Origin: Eledone cirrhosa
Taxonomy: Eukaryota
Assembly: GCA_964016885.1 (NCBI GenBank)
Contig: OZ024743.1
Coordinates: 229,214,001 to 229,278,000 of the forward strand
Length of the DNA stretch: 64,000 nt
Direction of reading: 5' to 3'
The number at the start of each line of letters is the position of its first letter. Position 1 is the stretch's first letter. The notes under the pieces were generated by a model that worked only from the letters and a program-made list of their open reading frames with translations, did not search any database and was not told where the DNA came from. The translations under genes were made by a program, and so were the position numbers. Below, in pieces: positions 50,195-64,000 of the stretch.

Positions 50195-52219
50195 GGTGTG
50201 TGTGTAGGCATATGTTGTATTGACATCATTTGATACATATTTTGCACAAGTACATATTCTACATATTAATTGTTTAAATTTTCAATGTTTGTAACAGTCA
50301 AATATACATATATACACTCATCCACAAAAGGCTTTCAGAGAAAGGCATAGTTGTAAACTATCAGAACACACATAGAAAACATACAACACACATAGAAAAA
50401 GACAAAAGAGAAAAACCTACAAAGTAAAAACACTCACACCCAATTGCAAAAAGAAAAAAAAAACATTTGCACTATGTATACCAACCAATAACATCTCTTG
50501 ATCCTATTCACACTCATCTAATGACAAAAATAAAAGATTGTAAGTGGCAAACTCCCCTGACCACAGTAACATTACCTCCACATACATTTAACAAACACAG
50601 ACAGACCAGCAAACAGCACTATACAAATAATACTGTTCTGCCATTACAAAGAAGAGGATGAGCAAAAAGATGTGAATGCTTTTTGAAGGAGATTCTCAAG
50701 CCTATAGAAAAAGACTTTATACGACCTTAATAGTACTAGGAAGCATTTCTTAACAATAAAACTGATTTTAAAGCCATTATTGTCTCTTTACTTTCTATCA
50801 CTACTCAATCTGACTATCAGGTCACAGCTTCTAATAACAGAACATCACTCAAATGTTGTTGTTATATCACACATCTCCTCTAGTCTATATAATACTACTT
50901 CCGACAAAAGATAAAGAAAATATAAAAAAGAGTGAGTATGTCATCAATAAATGATATTTCAACATTAACTCCTAACAAAATTTACTTCCAGTTAAACAAT
51001 TCCAACTAATATCTCACAAAAATGTTTCACTTGTACACTTCAATACAAAAGCGACAGTGAAGATGGCAATAACAAAAAGAAAGAGACAATAAAGTAAAAC
51101 ATAATAAAAAATAAAAAATAAAATAAAAATGTTTTGAGTGGAGGCTTCCATATTGTTTTCTGTCTTTCAAGAGACTACTTTCTGAGAATATATAAAAGCT
51201 CCCGGAACACACATATCAAGAAAGATAGACTAAAGAGTTATCAATAGATATCATCTTCCAACTTTTAAGATTAGAATAAAAGAGTACACAATACATTTGT
51301 ATATGAGAAGATTGAAGAAGGAGTAAGAGAGAAATATTACTAAAGTTTCTTGCTTTAAAAAAAAATACGATATGCTTTTTTAAAAATAAGATACACCTAA
51401 ATCTTTCTATTATTTTTTTTCTTTCTGACAGGTATATAGCTATTTCAAGAGCAGAATCCAGCACCTTCTACAAAATTAGATGATTCCAAATGTCAACATA
51501 TAGCATAACTAGAAAAAATGTTTTTAGAAAAATCCATACGTGGTGCATATAAACCATACATGTTACATAAACGGATGTTAGAGAAGTTACATATATCATA
51601 CACATATGTGCAGATGTATGTGAGTAAAAGAAAGAGCGAGAGAAGTGTGGTGTTGGTTCATGTTTTCATTCAGTTGACACAAAGTACGAATGTTTAAATC
51701 TAAAATTGTAATCATATTTTGCATATCTTGTAGCATTAGTTATATACATACATACACACATTTAAATTACAGAGAAATATTTTAAAAAAATATAAACTGT
51801 AAATATTTCTTTATATGTCCAATGAACATATGTGTGTATGTGTGTAAACTACTATTTTATCAATCTTTATTATTTTATTTCATTTATTGAACCACTAAGT
51901 TATGGGGGCATAAACAAACATTAAATGTACACACGAGCATTACCACTTTACAGATTGGCTTGGATGCATTTATCCTGGTTCCAGCACACATACATACATG
52001 CATAATGATATCTGTTTTTTATTCATATCTTTACAGGGACACACCATTGCTCTCTATATTTTAACACACACATTATAACTTTTATTTTACTGTACATTCA
52101 AAAGAATTCACTTTTGTCATTAAGTCTGTTTCTAACTTGAAACTATCAACGATTTTCCAAATTGAATGAATTTCTTCTCTCATTATTGATCTTGTCAACT
52201 CTAATTCCTTTAATAATTT

Positions 52220-52292
52220 CATTTCTTATTATAACCTTGAACATTTCTTATTATAACCTTGAACATTTCTTATTATAACCTTGAACATTTCT
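52220..52292. repeat. Perfect 22-bp tandem repeat, 3.3 copies
   Basis: Unit CATTTCTTATTATAACCTTGAA. Confidence 0.95.
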
Positions 52293-54739
52293 CCTTAAGG
52301 CTCTCGTCATTCTGTAGTGTTGGTGTTATTGGTGGTAGAAGCTGACACCTCTGAATTATTTCAGGTTTCATCTGAAAACTGATGGATTCAATTAGTACTA
52401 ATTAATTATGGGAGTTACTTCTAATTCTAGAAATAGTATTTCAGTGCTTGGAAATTGTGAATCCAAAATCCAAAATGTTTAGCTCACAATGCATCCCTCA
52501 TATTAACTGTTGATCTCTTCAAGTTGGTTTTATGAAGCAGCATTCAATTTCCTATACCGGATTATTCAGAGCAACAAATAAAGAAAGGCTATTATTAGGG
52601 GTTTATATGAAGGGGTCGGGTACAGCAAGAAAGATTCGAAAAGAAAGCTATAATCAGAGGACACACATAACTCTGAAATAAGGTGTACCCTTTACTTAGA
52701 CACACACAATAGCAGTAAGCATTTATAAACTAATATATTTATATGTGTGTGGAGTGTGACTAATACGTGTGGAGTGTAAAACTGAGTAGCTGCATACCAC
52801 ATATTTATAATGATTATCAAGAACTCATACTTTCTTTCAATTTTGACATGCAAATAGAAACATGATGTAACAGGGTGTGTGTGCGTGTGTGTGTTGTCAC
52901 AGTCAGTTCCTGCCAAGAATTATCTATAATGTTACCTCATTGGTACACCTTTGGAAACTCTAGGATTCTCCCCCCCCCCCCCCACTTCTATCAGGCTTTT
53001 TAATAACTATGAATACTTCAGAATCAGGACAAACCATTGTATAAGTAAATTATATTTGATAATTATTTCCTCGTCTGCTTTCACCATTAAACTTTAGCTT
53101 TCACTGTTGCATTTCTAAGAAAATCAAAACAAGAGTAAACTAATTCGTATAGTACCAGTTTGTCCTCCAAACAACCATAACCACATATAAACTACTAGTT
53201 TGTTCACTTTGTTTTCTAGAATTTTAAATACGCCAAGCCGATATAGTTGAAGTATAAAATATGATATAATATCCACAATTTTGAATTGTTATTGGTCCTT
53301 CGTCAGTTTTAATGTATGAATGTTCCAGTTGTTTAATCAATGGAACAGCCTGCTCATGAAATTAGTGTGCATGCATTCGAAAGATATGTATACCCTTAAC
53401 GTAAAATACAGGGAGATTCAGCAGGAGAGTGTGACAAACTGGTGCTTTGAATTACAGGTACAACGAATTTTTCTACTAACTGAGTTGAGTGGGGCAATGT
53501 AAAATAAAGTGTCTTGTTCAAGGGTGCAATGCACTACTCAGTACAGGAATCAAATTCACAACTTTGCAATCACAAATCCAACATCTTAACTATTAAGCAA
53601 CGTGCTTTCTCTAGTTTGTGATACGGAATATCCAAAATAGCAAACAGCAATAATTTCAGAATATTTCCCATTAATTCTGTCAAAAAGCAGTATACAATTT
53701 TTCTTTTTTATTTGTGGTAAGATGTGAACTGAAAGCGCAAACAAAAAGAAGCAAATTGCACTACTCCAGGGAATTTCATGATAAACAAGAGACATAAAGG
53801 ACATATGTGACCTATTCTAAGGATGTCAAACAGTCCACACCCATGAAAAGCTATACGTTTCACCAATGACAAAACTCAGAAAGTCTATTTCTCATGAAAT
53901 GATATAAATTTTAAAAAGTATGAGGACATTTTCTTTACACAACGAAAGGACCGTTTTTTTTTACATCAGGACTTTTCAAAGTGGTGCAAATAGATCCCTA
54001 GGGCAAGAAGACTATTTTGGCAGGGTTGAATAAAACGTTAGGGGGTCTACAGGGATTAATTTACTAGCTTGCATTTATAACGGGAGAAAAAAGTTGCTGG
54101 GTCAAAATACATAACAGAATGCCTGATTGGATGTAATGATCACTACTGATATATCCTGCACGAACAACACATTTAAAATGAATGAGCTATTTAAATGGAT
54201 GTATAATACGGCTCTGACCATAAAATTCCTTATCTTTTAAGTAACATTAATATCACACAATCATATTTTCATATATGGTGCACATTTGGGTTCAGCTATG
54301 TGCATCATATACTAAGCAAACAAAAAATCATTTAGAAAATAGACCGTAGTGATTTGCAGCTTCATTTCACATACTTGCAATCTATTATTTGTGATATTTT
54401 CATTATCCATCAAACACATTCAAACAATGAAGATGCCATTGCATTTGTTTACGGATTTATATCGACGGGGTATTAAACAACCCATTTGTGGCGCCTTCCC
54501 CTTATTGGGAATTTCGATTGTTAAATTTGTTTGTTTCAATATTTTTACACGATTGTATGTAAAATCCCGGCATGTGTCCTTGTTTTGTCCCCCTTTCTTG
54601 TGTGCCCTTGTGGCAAATAAAGAAATATATCTTAGTAACTGTAAATTTGTTTTATTTTGCAAAGTTCTTACAAACATTAAAAACAAAGGATTTGCTGCTT
54701 GAAGAACATACAAAATGATATGTAACATAAAAAAAGTTC

Positions 54740-54870
54740 AGGGTGGAGATGGCTACACGCAAGACACCTGCGAGCTGGAGTGGCTGTTCGAGCACGTCTC
54801 ACTCGCCATTATTCCGGGTAATGTCTTCTCCATTCTGTCCACTTACACCACGAGGCGGACTAGGCCTTAA
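54740..54870 (+). pseudogene. CRE-clade non-LTR retrotransposon extreme C-terminal fragment
   Basis: Translates ELEWLFEHVSLAIIPGN, resembling the CRE terminal motif E..WL.QRLSLAI.RGN. Confidence 0.6.
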
Positions 54871-56201
54871 ACAGTGAGTAATAAAAGAAAAGTTTAGTTT
54901 TGTGTACACAGAAATGTTTCCGTTGTAACTGTTAACAATTGTTGCACGATATGATCGTTAAGTGAAGAGTTTCTGTATCGACAATATACTTCAGAATTCT
55001 CAAACCTTTTTTAACTCGCACTTTAGAACAAACTAAAATATTCTAGCACAATTTGTACCCAAATTAGCACAACACAGAAATATAGATATTAAGAATACAG
55101 AAAAAATATTTGCACTCCCTTCTTTAGTCAATAAATGAGCAAAGTTATCAATGAGAAACATGTGATTGGTGTTTATTGGTAATGATTTGTTTATTGGTAA
55201 TGATTTCATTCTTCCCCACTTTGAAAGTTATATATGAACTTCATTACGAATCTCAATTTGTATTTATATTTTGAAATAAAATTTTACTCTTTCGCGGTGC
55301 ACCTACTTACATCTCACAGTGCACCATTGCACTAAGTCGCACTATTTAGTTAACTAGTAAATTATACTTGATTACATGGAGTAAAATCTGAAGACCAAAT
55401 TGTTGATTATCAAGTTTTAACCACACCAGTATACATTTTTTTCTTTTCATTCTAGGATTTTAATCAAAGGAATATAAAGAAGCCAAATATTTAAAAAGCC
55501 TTGCCAACATTTTAATTTACTCAATATGAAATAAAAAAAAACAAAACAAGATTTAAAATTCAGAACATTATTATTTTTAAATTGACTTATACATGAAAGA
55601 AAAGCTATTCTAAAATTCTGTACACAAACACAGGAAATATTTTATTTCCAAATTACAATTACAAAATTATAGTTAATATAAAACACATTGGCAGCTTCCC
55701 TTTACTACTGTTCTTTCTTTCCATCCCCCTCCCTCACACAAATAAACAATCACACATAAAGTAGAGCTATGGCTAATTCTCCAAAGACTTGGCCAATCCT
55801 GCCTTACAGCCGTTTGAGAGAGAGTGTGTGTGTTTGTGTACATATACATTATATATACACACATATATATATATATACATATATATTATGATAGAGACAG
55901 ATTAATAATAATAAGCAAATACCAAGTGAAATAAAATGAAATAACGATGTCAACGAAGAATTATGGGTAAAGTAATTTAACTTGATGAGCCAAAAGTGGA
56001 ATTAAATTGCTATACTCTGAATTTAAAGCTACTAGCTAATTATCGATGAGACGGCTTCGAGCGAGATTGATACTGTGTGTATTTGTTGGACCTCCGTCGA
56101 TTCCAACGATGAATCGACCAGTACTTCGAAAGACAGAACAGTCTGTTCATGAAATTAACAAGCAAGTGGCTGAGCATTCTACTAATATGCGTACAATTTA
56201 C

Positions 56202-56720
56202 GGCAATCGCTCCGGCGGAATTACCCTCTTCCCATTCAAAGGTGGCAGATTCCTCATTTGGGGACGCTAAATGTTACGAGATGTTCTTCGCCTCCAGCTT
56301 AGTCGCTTCGGCCACAAACCCCAGTACTGCGACCAGCAATGCAGAGGAAAGGAAGACAAACAAATACCACAAATTGTTCGGCGGCTTCCTCTTCGCACCG
56401 GTCACTGTCGAGACCTAAGGTGTACATAGACCCCGTACTGCCGAGCCCCTCTGCAAGATCGGAACGTCATCAGCCCGTCTGAGGAAGGAGCCCCTCAAGG
56501 CGGGGTAACTGTTACAGCGCGTGTCGTTGGCTATTGTCTGCGGTTTTGTCAGCGGGGCGCAGTCCAACACCATCGCGCCCTAGGACTAGCGCTCATAACC
56601 CTCTCCTTCCCCATCCCATTCTTCTGTGACCCTAGAGCCCTTTCCTTTTTTTTTCCATTTTTAAATATTTGTAGTGTTGTTATTTGAAATGAATTATATA
56701 TATCATGAAACAAAAATAAA
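56202..56720 (+). pseudogene. CRE-clade restriction-like endonuclease domain remnant plus 3' UTR
   Basis: GNRSGGITLFPFKGGRFLIW, frameshift, DAKC..AEERKTNKY..FLFAPVTVET*G..LLQRVSLAIVCG. This fits the RPDG..WD.T..AE..K..KY..F.P.AVET.G pattern. Confidence 0.85.
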
Positions 56721-58435
56721 TTTATATAGTTCTCTTGGAAATTCAGCCTTACACAAGTGTCACAATTTTGAATCACATGTACAACACATTTTTTTTCATC
56801 TGAGTAGTCTACAGACAGTAACGTAGAATAGCATTCTTTTTTACTCAACGATACAAAGGTCCAAGGTCACTTTCTCATCTCTCCACGAATAAATAGTAAC
56901 AGAAAAAAGAAAAAAGATTGAGATACATTGTCAGTGAAATATGGTTGACGGAAACTGCTTGGAAGCCCGGCGTGAGTTTAAATACGTGTTGATGTGTGTG
57001 TGTGTTATGTATCGTAACTTAACGATTCGACAAGAAGAGGCCGACGAAATATGTACAGGCTTTGCAAAAATAAGTACTGGGTTTGAAATGATCAATTAAA
57101 TCTCTGAAGGGTGGTGCACCTGTATGGTCAAGGTCAAATGGCTGAAACTAGTAAAAGAATCAAAGAATTCAACAAAATCAATCTGTAGCAGATTGTTCAG
57201 GAGTATGAGAAAACTTTAGGCTAGCTTAAAGAACCGGCTAACGAATGTTTAATTCTCAATGACTCACACCTATCTTATATTAAAAATGTTTTATATTTCC
57301 TGTAAAACATTAGTTACGCTAACGAAAGAGATGGATTGTGGGTGTGTGCGTGTTGCGTAGACTGGTTGGTCTCAAAGCTGAAAATAAAAGAGATTACCAA
57401 GGGAAAACATTGACATTACACACACAAAACCAACCATGCAAGCCTGAACAAAAACAGAGGTTTAAGTTTATATAGGCATGCATTGTAGCTTTCCCAGCTG
57501 AAATCCGCTGGAAAACCATATTGTTTAAACAAATATCATGTCCGTAAAAACAAATATGCTGGGAGAAGCGATAATAACATGAAATGGTTTATTTTTCCTG
57601 TTAATTACATGCTAAGAAGGTTATAGTCCTTACCACGAGAGAGTTAACACCGCCTGCGAAGCGAAATATACCACGTGCATGCTTATGCTTGTAAAATCTT
57701 TTCATACAAAAAAAAACGCCTCGTTCAAAACTGTTTATTTTTAAGTATTATATTTATCTAAAAACACTCCCATCGTGATTTTATCTAAGAACCTTTGCTA
57801 TGTTAATTTCTAAACAGGAGAAAGATAGTTATTTTATTAAATTCCTCCAAATACTTTATTATTTTTTAAATAGTTTGAATATTAGAGGCAGGGTTTTTTA
57901 AATTAGATATATAGTAATGAAACGTCTAATCTAAATAGGAAAAAAAAAAAGAAATATGGTTGCATGGAATACAAAGAAGGAGTTGGGTAGAGAATTCTGA
58001 TGGATATAACAAAGAATGGGAATCAGAGATTTAATTATTCATTCAGCAAGTGTAAAATGAGTTCTTTATTCTTGTGTTAGTTGCAGTAGACCGCCGCCAA
58101 GAGTGGGCACCGCTTTGATTTAGTCGAACATATTGAACCAGTACTTACTTTTTGTTGACTTAAGAACAAACCAAATGAAAATATTTACCGAAATTAATGT
58201 TTAATACATGATGTAGAGTCAAATATCACATGGGTTTCTCGATTTTTCTGAACCAATGCTTACAAGTAGCTATTTTATTCAAGTTTCTTGTCTTTCATAA
58301 ACGACCTGATTGCAAGTTCAACACCCCAACCACTAGATCATACACCATCACTATATGAAAATTTGAACACTGATATTATAAGACAATTTTATTAACATTC
58401 AAAGCCAACAGATCGAACATAGTTGTTCTCTAGAG

Positions 58436-58594
58436 CAGGGGTTCTCAACCTTTTACAATTTGCGAACCCTCCATAGTTGAACAGAAATATTATGGAACCA
58501 AAAAGTGAATCGCAGCAATGCTGGCAATAAACGGGTGACAATAGCATTAAAATACCACCACGGCTATCGGGGAGCACATGTTGAGAATCCCCAA
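58436..58594. mobile_element. hAT (Charlie-type) MITE
   Basis: CTCTAGAG target site, then CAGGGGTTCTCAACC; decayed right end GTTGAGAATCCCC. Confidence 0.7.
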
Positions 58595-58659
58595 ACTAAG
58601 AATTCAAGCTTTTTGTTAAAATATAAGCACTTATTTTTTATTTACGTTTTCATTTAGAG

Positions 58660-58945
58660 CAGTGGGGCAATTTGAATATTCAAGCGTGGCAATTGGAAAA
58701 TGATGTTAATGAGAGCAAACTTCAGGTTTTACCCTATCACTTTTACACCAAGGCAACTTTGGAACAAATTACTATCGGAAACTCCTGTCTCACCTCCTTC
58801 ACACATATTGTGCCTCTGGTATCACCCATATGCCAATTTGTTTACACTTTGTAGTTGATCATCGCTGTTTTTATGTGAAAGTGGGACATAAAAATGTTTG
58901 AAATGTTGAGATGGGGCATAGGGAACAAAAGGTTGGGAACCACTG
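58660..58945 (+). mobile_element. hAT (Charlie-type) deletion derivative with perfect 8-bp TSD
   Basis: ATTTAGAG at 58652-58659 and 58946-58953; ends CAGTGG and GGTTGGGAACCACTG. Confidence 0.85.
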
Positions 58946-60398
58946 ATTTAGAGGAATCATTTTTATTGCTAGTAAATATTACCATCAATATCATAATTTA
59001 ATTTAATTGATTTCCCCCCACCCCTAAACAGTGAAAGATTAAAAATAAAATTTAGAATTGCAACAGGAGATGCCTGATATAGTCAGAGACAAGTAACAAG
59101 GATTAATTAATGCTTGAAGAAGCGACAAAATTAAGCAAAATCTTTACATTGATTTTGTCAATCTGACGCCAGCTTAATCATTATTACGTTAAAGGCGAGA
59201 AACAAAACTAACGAAACTTATTTATATTAACCGATTAATTTGAGTGAGTATTAAAAATTGTCGCATGTGCAGCTAAATATATGTGTTTACTCGTTGTTTT
59301 GCTAGCAGGGACAGGAAAGTGGTGAGTCAAGTCAAACTCGCCCCTGGTAATACAAATGTTACACTATCAAGTCAAAAATATAAAAATTAAATTTCTTAAC
59401 CAGGCACTAGACAGCGGCCATACTGGACCACAAACTTGAAATCTTTTAGTCGATTATATCGATCGGTCTACTTATATTTTCCATGTTTGAGGTAGTTATT
59501 TTATCAAATATATATATATATGTATATATATATTTTATCAAATATATATATATATGTATAATTAGAGAGAGACCGTGGTATTTGTTCGATAGAACAGAGA
59601 GGAGTCTAAAACGAGCGCCCACACAATATTTTCCTAATGGTATTCTTTACGCTCACAGTTCAAATTACAAACATCGATCTAACTACCAATATATATATAT
59701 ATAAATAAACTAAACCTACTATATGAATTTGCTGAGCCACGCTTTCTAGTAAAGCTGACACATACCTTTTTAGGCCCTTAACTCTGCGTTGAGTTATAGG
59801 GGCGCCGTCGTGACATGTGACATCTTGGACATCTCTTGAAAGCTTAACACGATAGCGAGACAAAGAAAGAAACACACGCATGCCCGCACGCGTACACACA
59901 CACACGCGTTGTTTCAGCATGAAATGAAAAAAAAAAACTCATATCATTTATTAAATTATAGTAAATGTAGAAGAGGCAGATCTTCAAAATTAAGGCGACA
60001 GGAATCTTGAGAACTAAAATAAATAAGTTCAATACGAAGATTACAGGTGAAATTTTTACTTTTGTGATCTAATATTGAAGTTTGGTTGGATTGCTGTTCT
60101 ATGAAAAAACGATGAAATGCATGAGTGAATTAATTATTTAGATCTTCAGACTAGCTTCTGATGGTGGCACCAATTCTCTGGAGTTCACTAAGATTAGGTA
60201 GTTGATTAACACATCAAAGTCTATCCGTTTATATTTCTAGTACGTGTAATTTAGTGTAAACTTGTATAGCTGTCTTATTGTGTGCGTTTCATCCTTCTGG
60301 TGTTGATGAAATAAAGTACCAGTCAACTACTGGGATCAATAAATATTCCAGTAATGCATTGTAGGTGTGAATGAAAAGGATGTATATAATATGTATGT

Positions 60399-60439
<41 letters not shown>

Positions 60440-61336
60440 CATACATACATGTTCGCTTTTATGCATAGGCATACAGACTAACACGCACACCAAAACATTA
60501 AAAAGTATGTGTGTGAAGGTATGTGGTTCAGTGATGAGAGTGTTCAACTCACGATCGTAGGTTGTGAGTTCGAGTGCCATACCGTTTTAAGCAAGACTAT
60601 TTTAAGTCGCCTTCAGTCTATTCAGCTAGAAAAAATGCGCTGTAAATGTGATTCAAATACTCAGTTTTGTAACATAGTGTCACGCTGAATCTTCGTGATT
60701 ATTATGTGAAGGCTACACATGTCTGTAGAAAGCTCATTCATTTGTATGTTATTCAAACAAGTGGAACATTCGTCGTTAAAACCGAAGGAAATCCATTCCA
60801 CTTTCATGTGTCGATTTATGTATTTTATATATCACACGCAGCTTTTTCCAAGTGTTTGTGTATGCTAAAAATCAAATGTCTATTTTCAAACACGTGTATC
60901 CATAACGTATTTATTGAAGAGATTCAATGAGGCACATTGTGTAATGGCTGGCTCCTTTGAATTACAAGTACAGACTGGCTTGCATAGTTTCCATCTACCC
61001 AAGTTAACTCGAAGTGATCCGAGTCTATAATAAATGACACTTGACTAAGATGCCAGGCAGTGGAATCAAACCCGGCATCTTATGATTGTGAAGCTAACTT
61101 TATGCTGCTTCTACACACAAACTCTAAACGTTCGTTTAGAAACCAGTACATGCCTTTCCAAAAATATTTCCCTGGAAAGTTTTATGTTTCTTCATCATAT
61201 TGAAGCAAAATGTGTGATAATGTCGATGAGGGAGGGGGTCCTTTTCTTACTTCTTTCTGTCTGTTTTTCTAAACATTCTAAGAATAAAATATTTACTATC
61301 GATGCGTTTATCATTAATTCTATATGCCTGTGTGTG

Positions 61337-61368
<32 letters not shown>

Positions 61369-61400
61369 AGCTTGCACATACACATGTGTTGGTATGTGTG

Positions 61401-61447
<47 letters not shown>

Positions 61448-64000
61448 CGCACAGTGATATGTATACACTCATGCACTCACATATCTTCCAGTTCCTTGAT
61501 AGAAATAATGTCTTGTTAAGTGAGAAATTATTTCCGCAGTCACACGTTTAAGGGCGCTTTCCACCAAAACATTTGGTGTTGGTGAAATTGAGTTAGTGAC
61601 CGGAGAAAATATGCCAGAATATTTATTGTCTTTTGGGTTTAGTTTAGTCTTATTTTATTTCTTTCATTTTCATATTTGTTTTCTTCTTACATTCTACATA
61701 TATATAAAATAAAAATGGCAATTCCAGACGGCATGATGGTTTTAATTTTAATACATATCAAATCTAATTCTGTATTATATGTGTGCGCGTGTGTGTGTAT
61801 TTATATATATATATATATTCGTTTATCTATGTTTCTGCGTGCGTTTTCTCTATATGTGAGACAAGCATTTAACACCTAATTCATAACTAGAGTTATTAAG
61901 CATATAAAAGGGGGTGGTGTAACACATAGCATGTGTGACAGTTGCCAAACGTAGGAGATAATAAATGTCTATGTTGGCTAATAATTTATATAATCCAGTG
62001 CTATGTCTCGAGAAAGAAAAAAAATGAAAATCTCAAACAAAAAAATAAATATATCAAAGAATACAAAAAGACGTTTTATTTTTGTTGCCGTTTTCTTTTT
62101 GCTTTTTCTTTTCCATTTGTCCAAGACGAACAGACAATATACCAAAAGCACAATTTATTACACACAGTGTAGAAGGAAATATTGTAGAATATTGGAAGGA
62201 CTTAGTAGAATCGCTGGGTAGTCAAGGATACCGGTTCATATCTTGCTCCAGGCGCTATGATATGAACCCATAGAGGGGTGTACCGTCACACTTCGAAGGC
62301 CAAATTAAGTTGGACCAACAATTGAAATGTTTTCTCATAAGAACCAATCATTCAGAAAAGCCCTCAAAGGAATAAAGTTAGAAATATTTGTTCTATTTTA
62401 TTACTTTATAAATAATTATATTTCGTAAAATAACTGAGGTTTCGCGAGACAATATGTTTTCTATAATGGTCTCTGATTTAGGAACAAGGCCAATAATTTT
62501 TGCGGGAGGGAAAATTGGAATAAATCGACCCAGTACATTACTGGTGCTTTATTTTATTGACCCACTAAGGATGAACGGCAAAGATAATCTTGACGGGATT
62601 TGAACTCAGAACGCAAAGAGCCGTAACTGTGCTGCTGAGCATGGTGTCCGACACACTACCGACACTGCCCAATAATTTTGCGTTATTTGATTTCAGTTAA
62701 TTCTGATGCGGCCTTTAAGCATAAAATAAGTTCCAGACTTGATAAAATACATACTGGGGACAATATACATAATCGATTCAAACTTTCAAGGTGGTGCGAC
62801 CGCAATCTAATTATTGAATCCAGTAAAAGAATACAATATGTTTTTAAAAATCATATCGACCCCATGGGTATAATAAGCAAAGATGACATCTGGATGGGTG
62901 GGATTTTAAAATCAGCACATAAAACAATGTAACTATATATTGTAAAACTTTATGCCCAACGCACAGCCAACTTTGGCTATCCATCACATCTATCAATTTA
63001 ATAACACTGAAAAATTGCTAGAAACTTTAAACATTACTTGAAGTGTTTAAAAAAAGCAGACACTGTAAGCTTGGGAGTTTTATCATATCTAAGATATGTA
63101 TTTTGTTTTTTAAAAAAACATCACCAAAGGAAAACCTATGTAGTATAATTGTATAAAATATGTTATACATATTTTATAACAATAAATTCTACTTGTTAAA
63201 AAAAAAAAAAAATTTTTTTTTTTCAACACTTGAGTCAAAACACTCAGGAATACATCTGGTCCAGATTAGGCACAATAAAAAGTCTGATTTTCCCATAAAT
63301 AAACAAAGAGTTAAGAAGAAATACACAATAATAATAATAACAGCTAAAAGATTTAGTGACCGAGATTATAACGAGCTTATGTCAGTTTGTAAACTTATCA
63401 ACACCACCTTTTAACAAATACGAATGGAATCTAACGGACCCAAATATTGCGTCTGTTGTAAAGAAAACAAAATAAATAAGTCACCACGGTATACACACAT
63501 AATAAAATGTGTCATTTACTTCATTCACATCCCGACAAGATAGAAAGTACTCAATACATAAGTAGAGCATGTACTTTTACTGAGGGTGCAATGTCTCACT
63601 ATAAGAAATTGTGAGAAAGAGAGAGAGTGTGAAGTATTCACGATTCCACGACCGAGAAAACCTCAAATCTGGGTAGTATTCGATGTAGATTTAGGTGTAT
63701 AGAACATTATGTTGTATATAACTGGGGATCGATAAAATAAAGTACAAGTGGATGAGATGGCTTGCCATATATATATTCCGGCTCTATGAGATATGAATAA
63801 AAACCCGACTATGGTCTACTAGAGTGTTAAGCTTAATTTGTCGCCGGTCCAACACTACCATCTGGCTCTCGAGTGCCATTAGTGGCAATCTTTTGGATCA
63901 GTTCCCTGCTCTGAAGATACCTTTTTCCTCGTCTTTCCCCATCTTTGAAGGGGCTGAAAAGGGCCACAGACACTGTTCTTCCCCCACTTATGCATTTAAA

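Noticed and set aside
50380-51240. A-rich stretch suggestive of a decayed LINE
   Set aside because: I could not recover any diagnostic endonuclease or RT motif in any frame.

Overview
AT-rich, microsatellite-dense eukaryotic DNA. The repeat complement (tRNA-headed SINEs with internal (CA)/(TA) tracts, an RTE LINE with a Cys-rich insert, Dong/R4 and CRE fragments) looks like an octopus/coleoid cephalopod genome; this is inference. I recognise no host protein-coding gene, and most ORFs in the track are microsatellite artefacts. The recognisable coding sequence is all transposon-derived: a young 5'-truncated RTE LINE (44368-45945, minus), two Dong/R4 copies (29.5-31.3 kb), two CRE endonuclease remnants (54.7 and 56.2 kb), older RTE fragments and a Penelope-like GIY-YIG endonuclease (25919-26302). 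The most notable structure is a cluster at 22.8-28.5 kb of three dissimilar Penelope-like/retrozyme-type elements beside (TA)n tracts, each carrying a type I hammerhead ribozyme fold: one canonical (present twice, inverted), one with a variant CAGAAGA core and bulged stem I, and one with a 45-nt stem II insert. A further hammerhead-like motif lies at 42.16 kb. Two of these elements share an inverted-repeat-plus-tail architecture and an exactly spaced motif, AAGCACTCAAC-N15-AGGAGT, in the tail. Also seen: a SINE whose tail matches the neighbouring RTE 3' UTR, near-perfect inverted SINE pairs (possible ADAR substrates), several DNA-transposon MITEs and a CpG/ETS-rich putative promoter at 39.0-39.5 kb.
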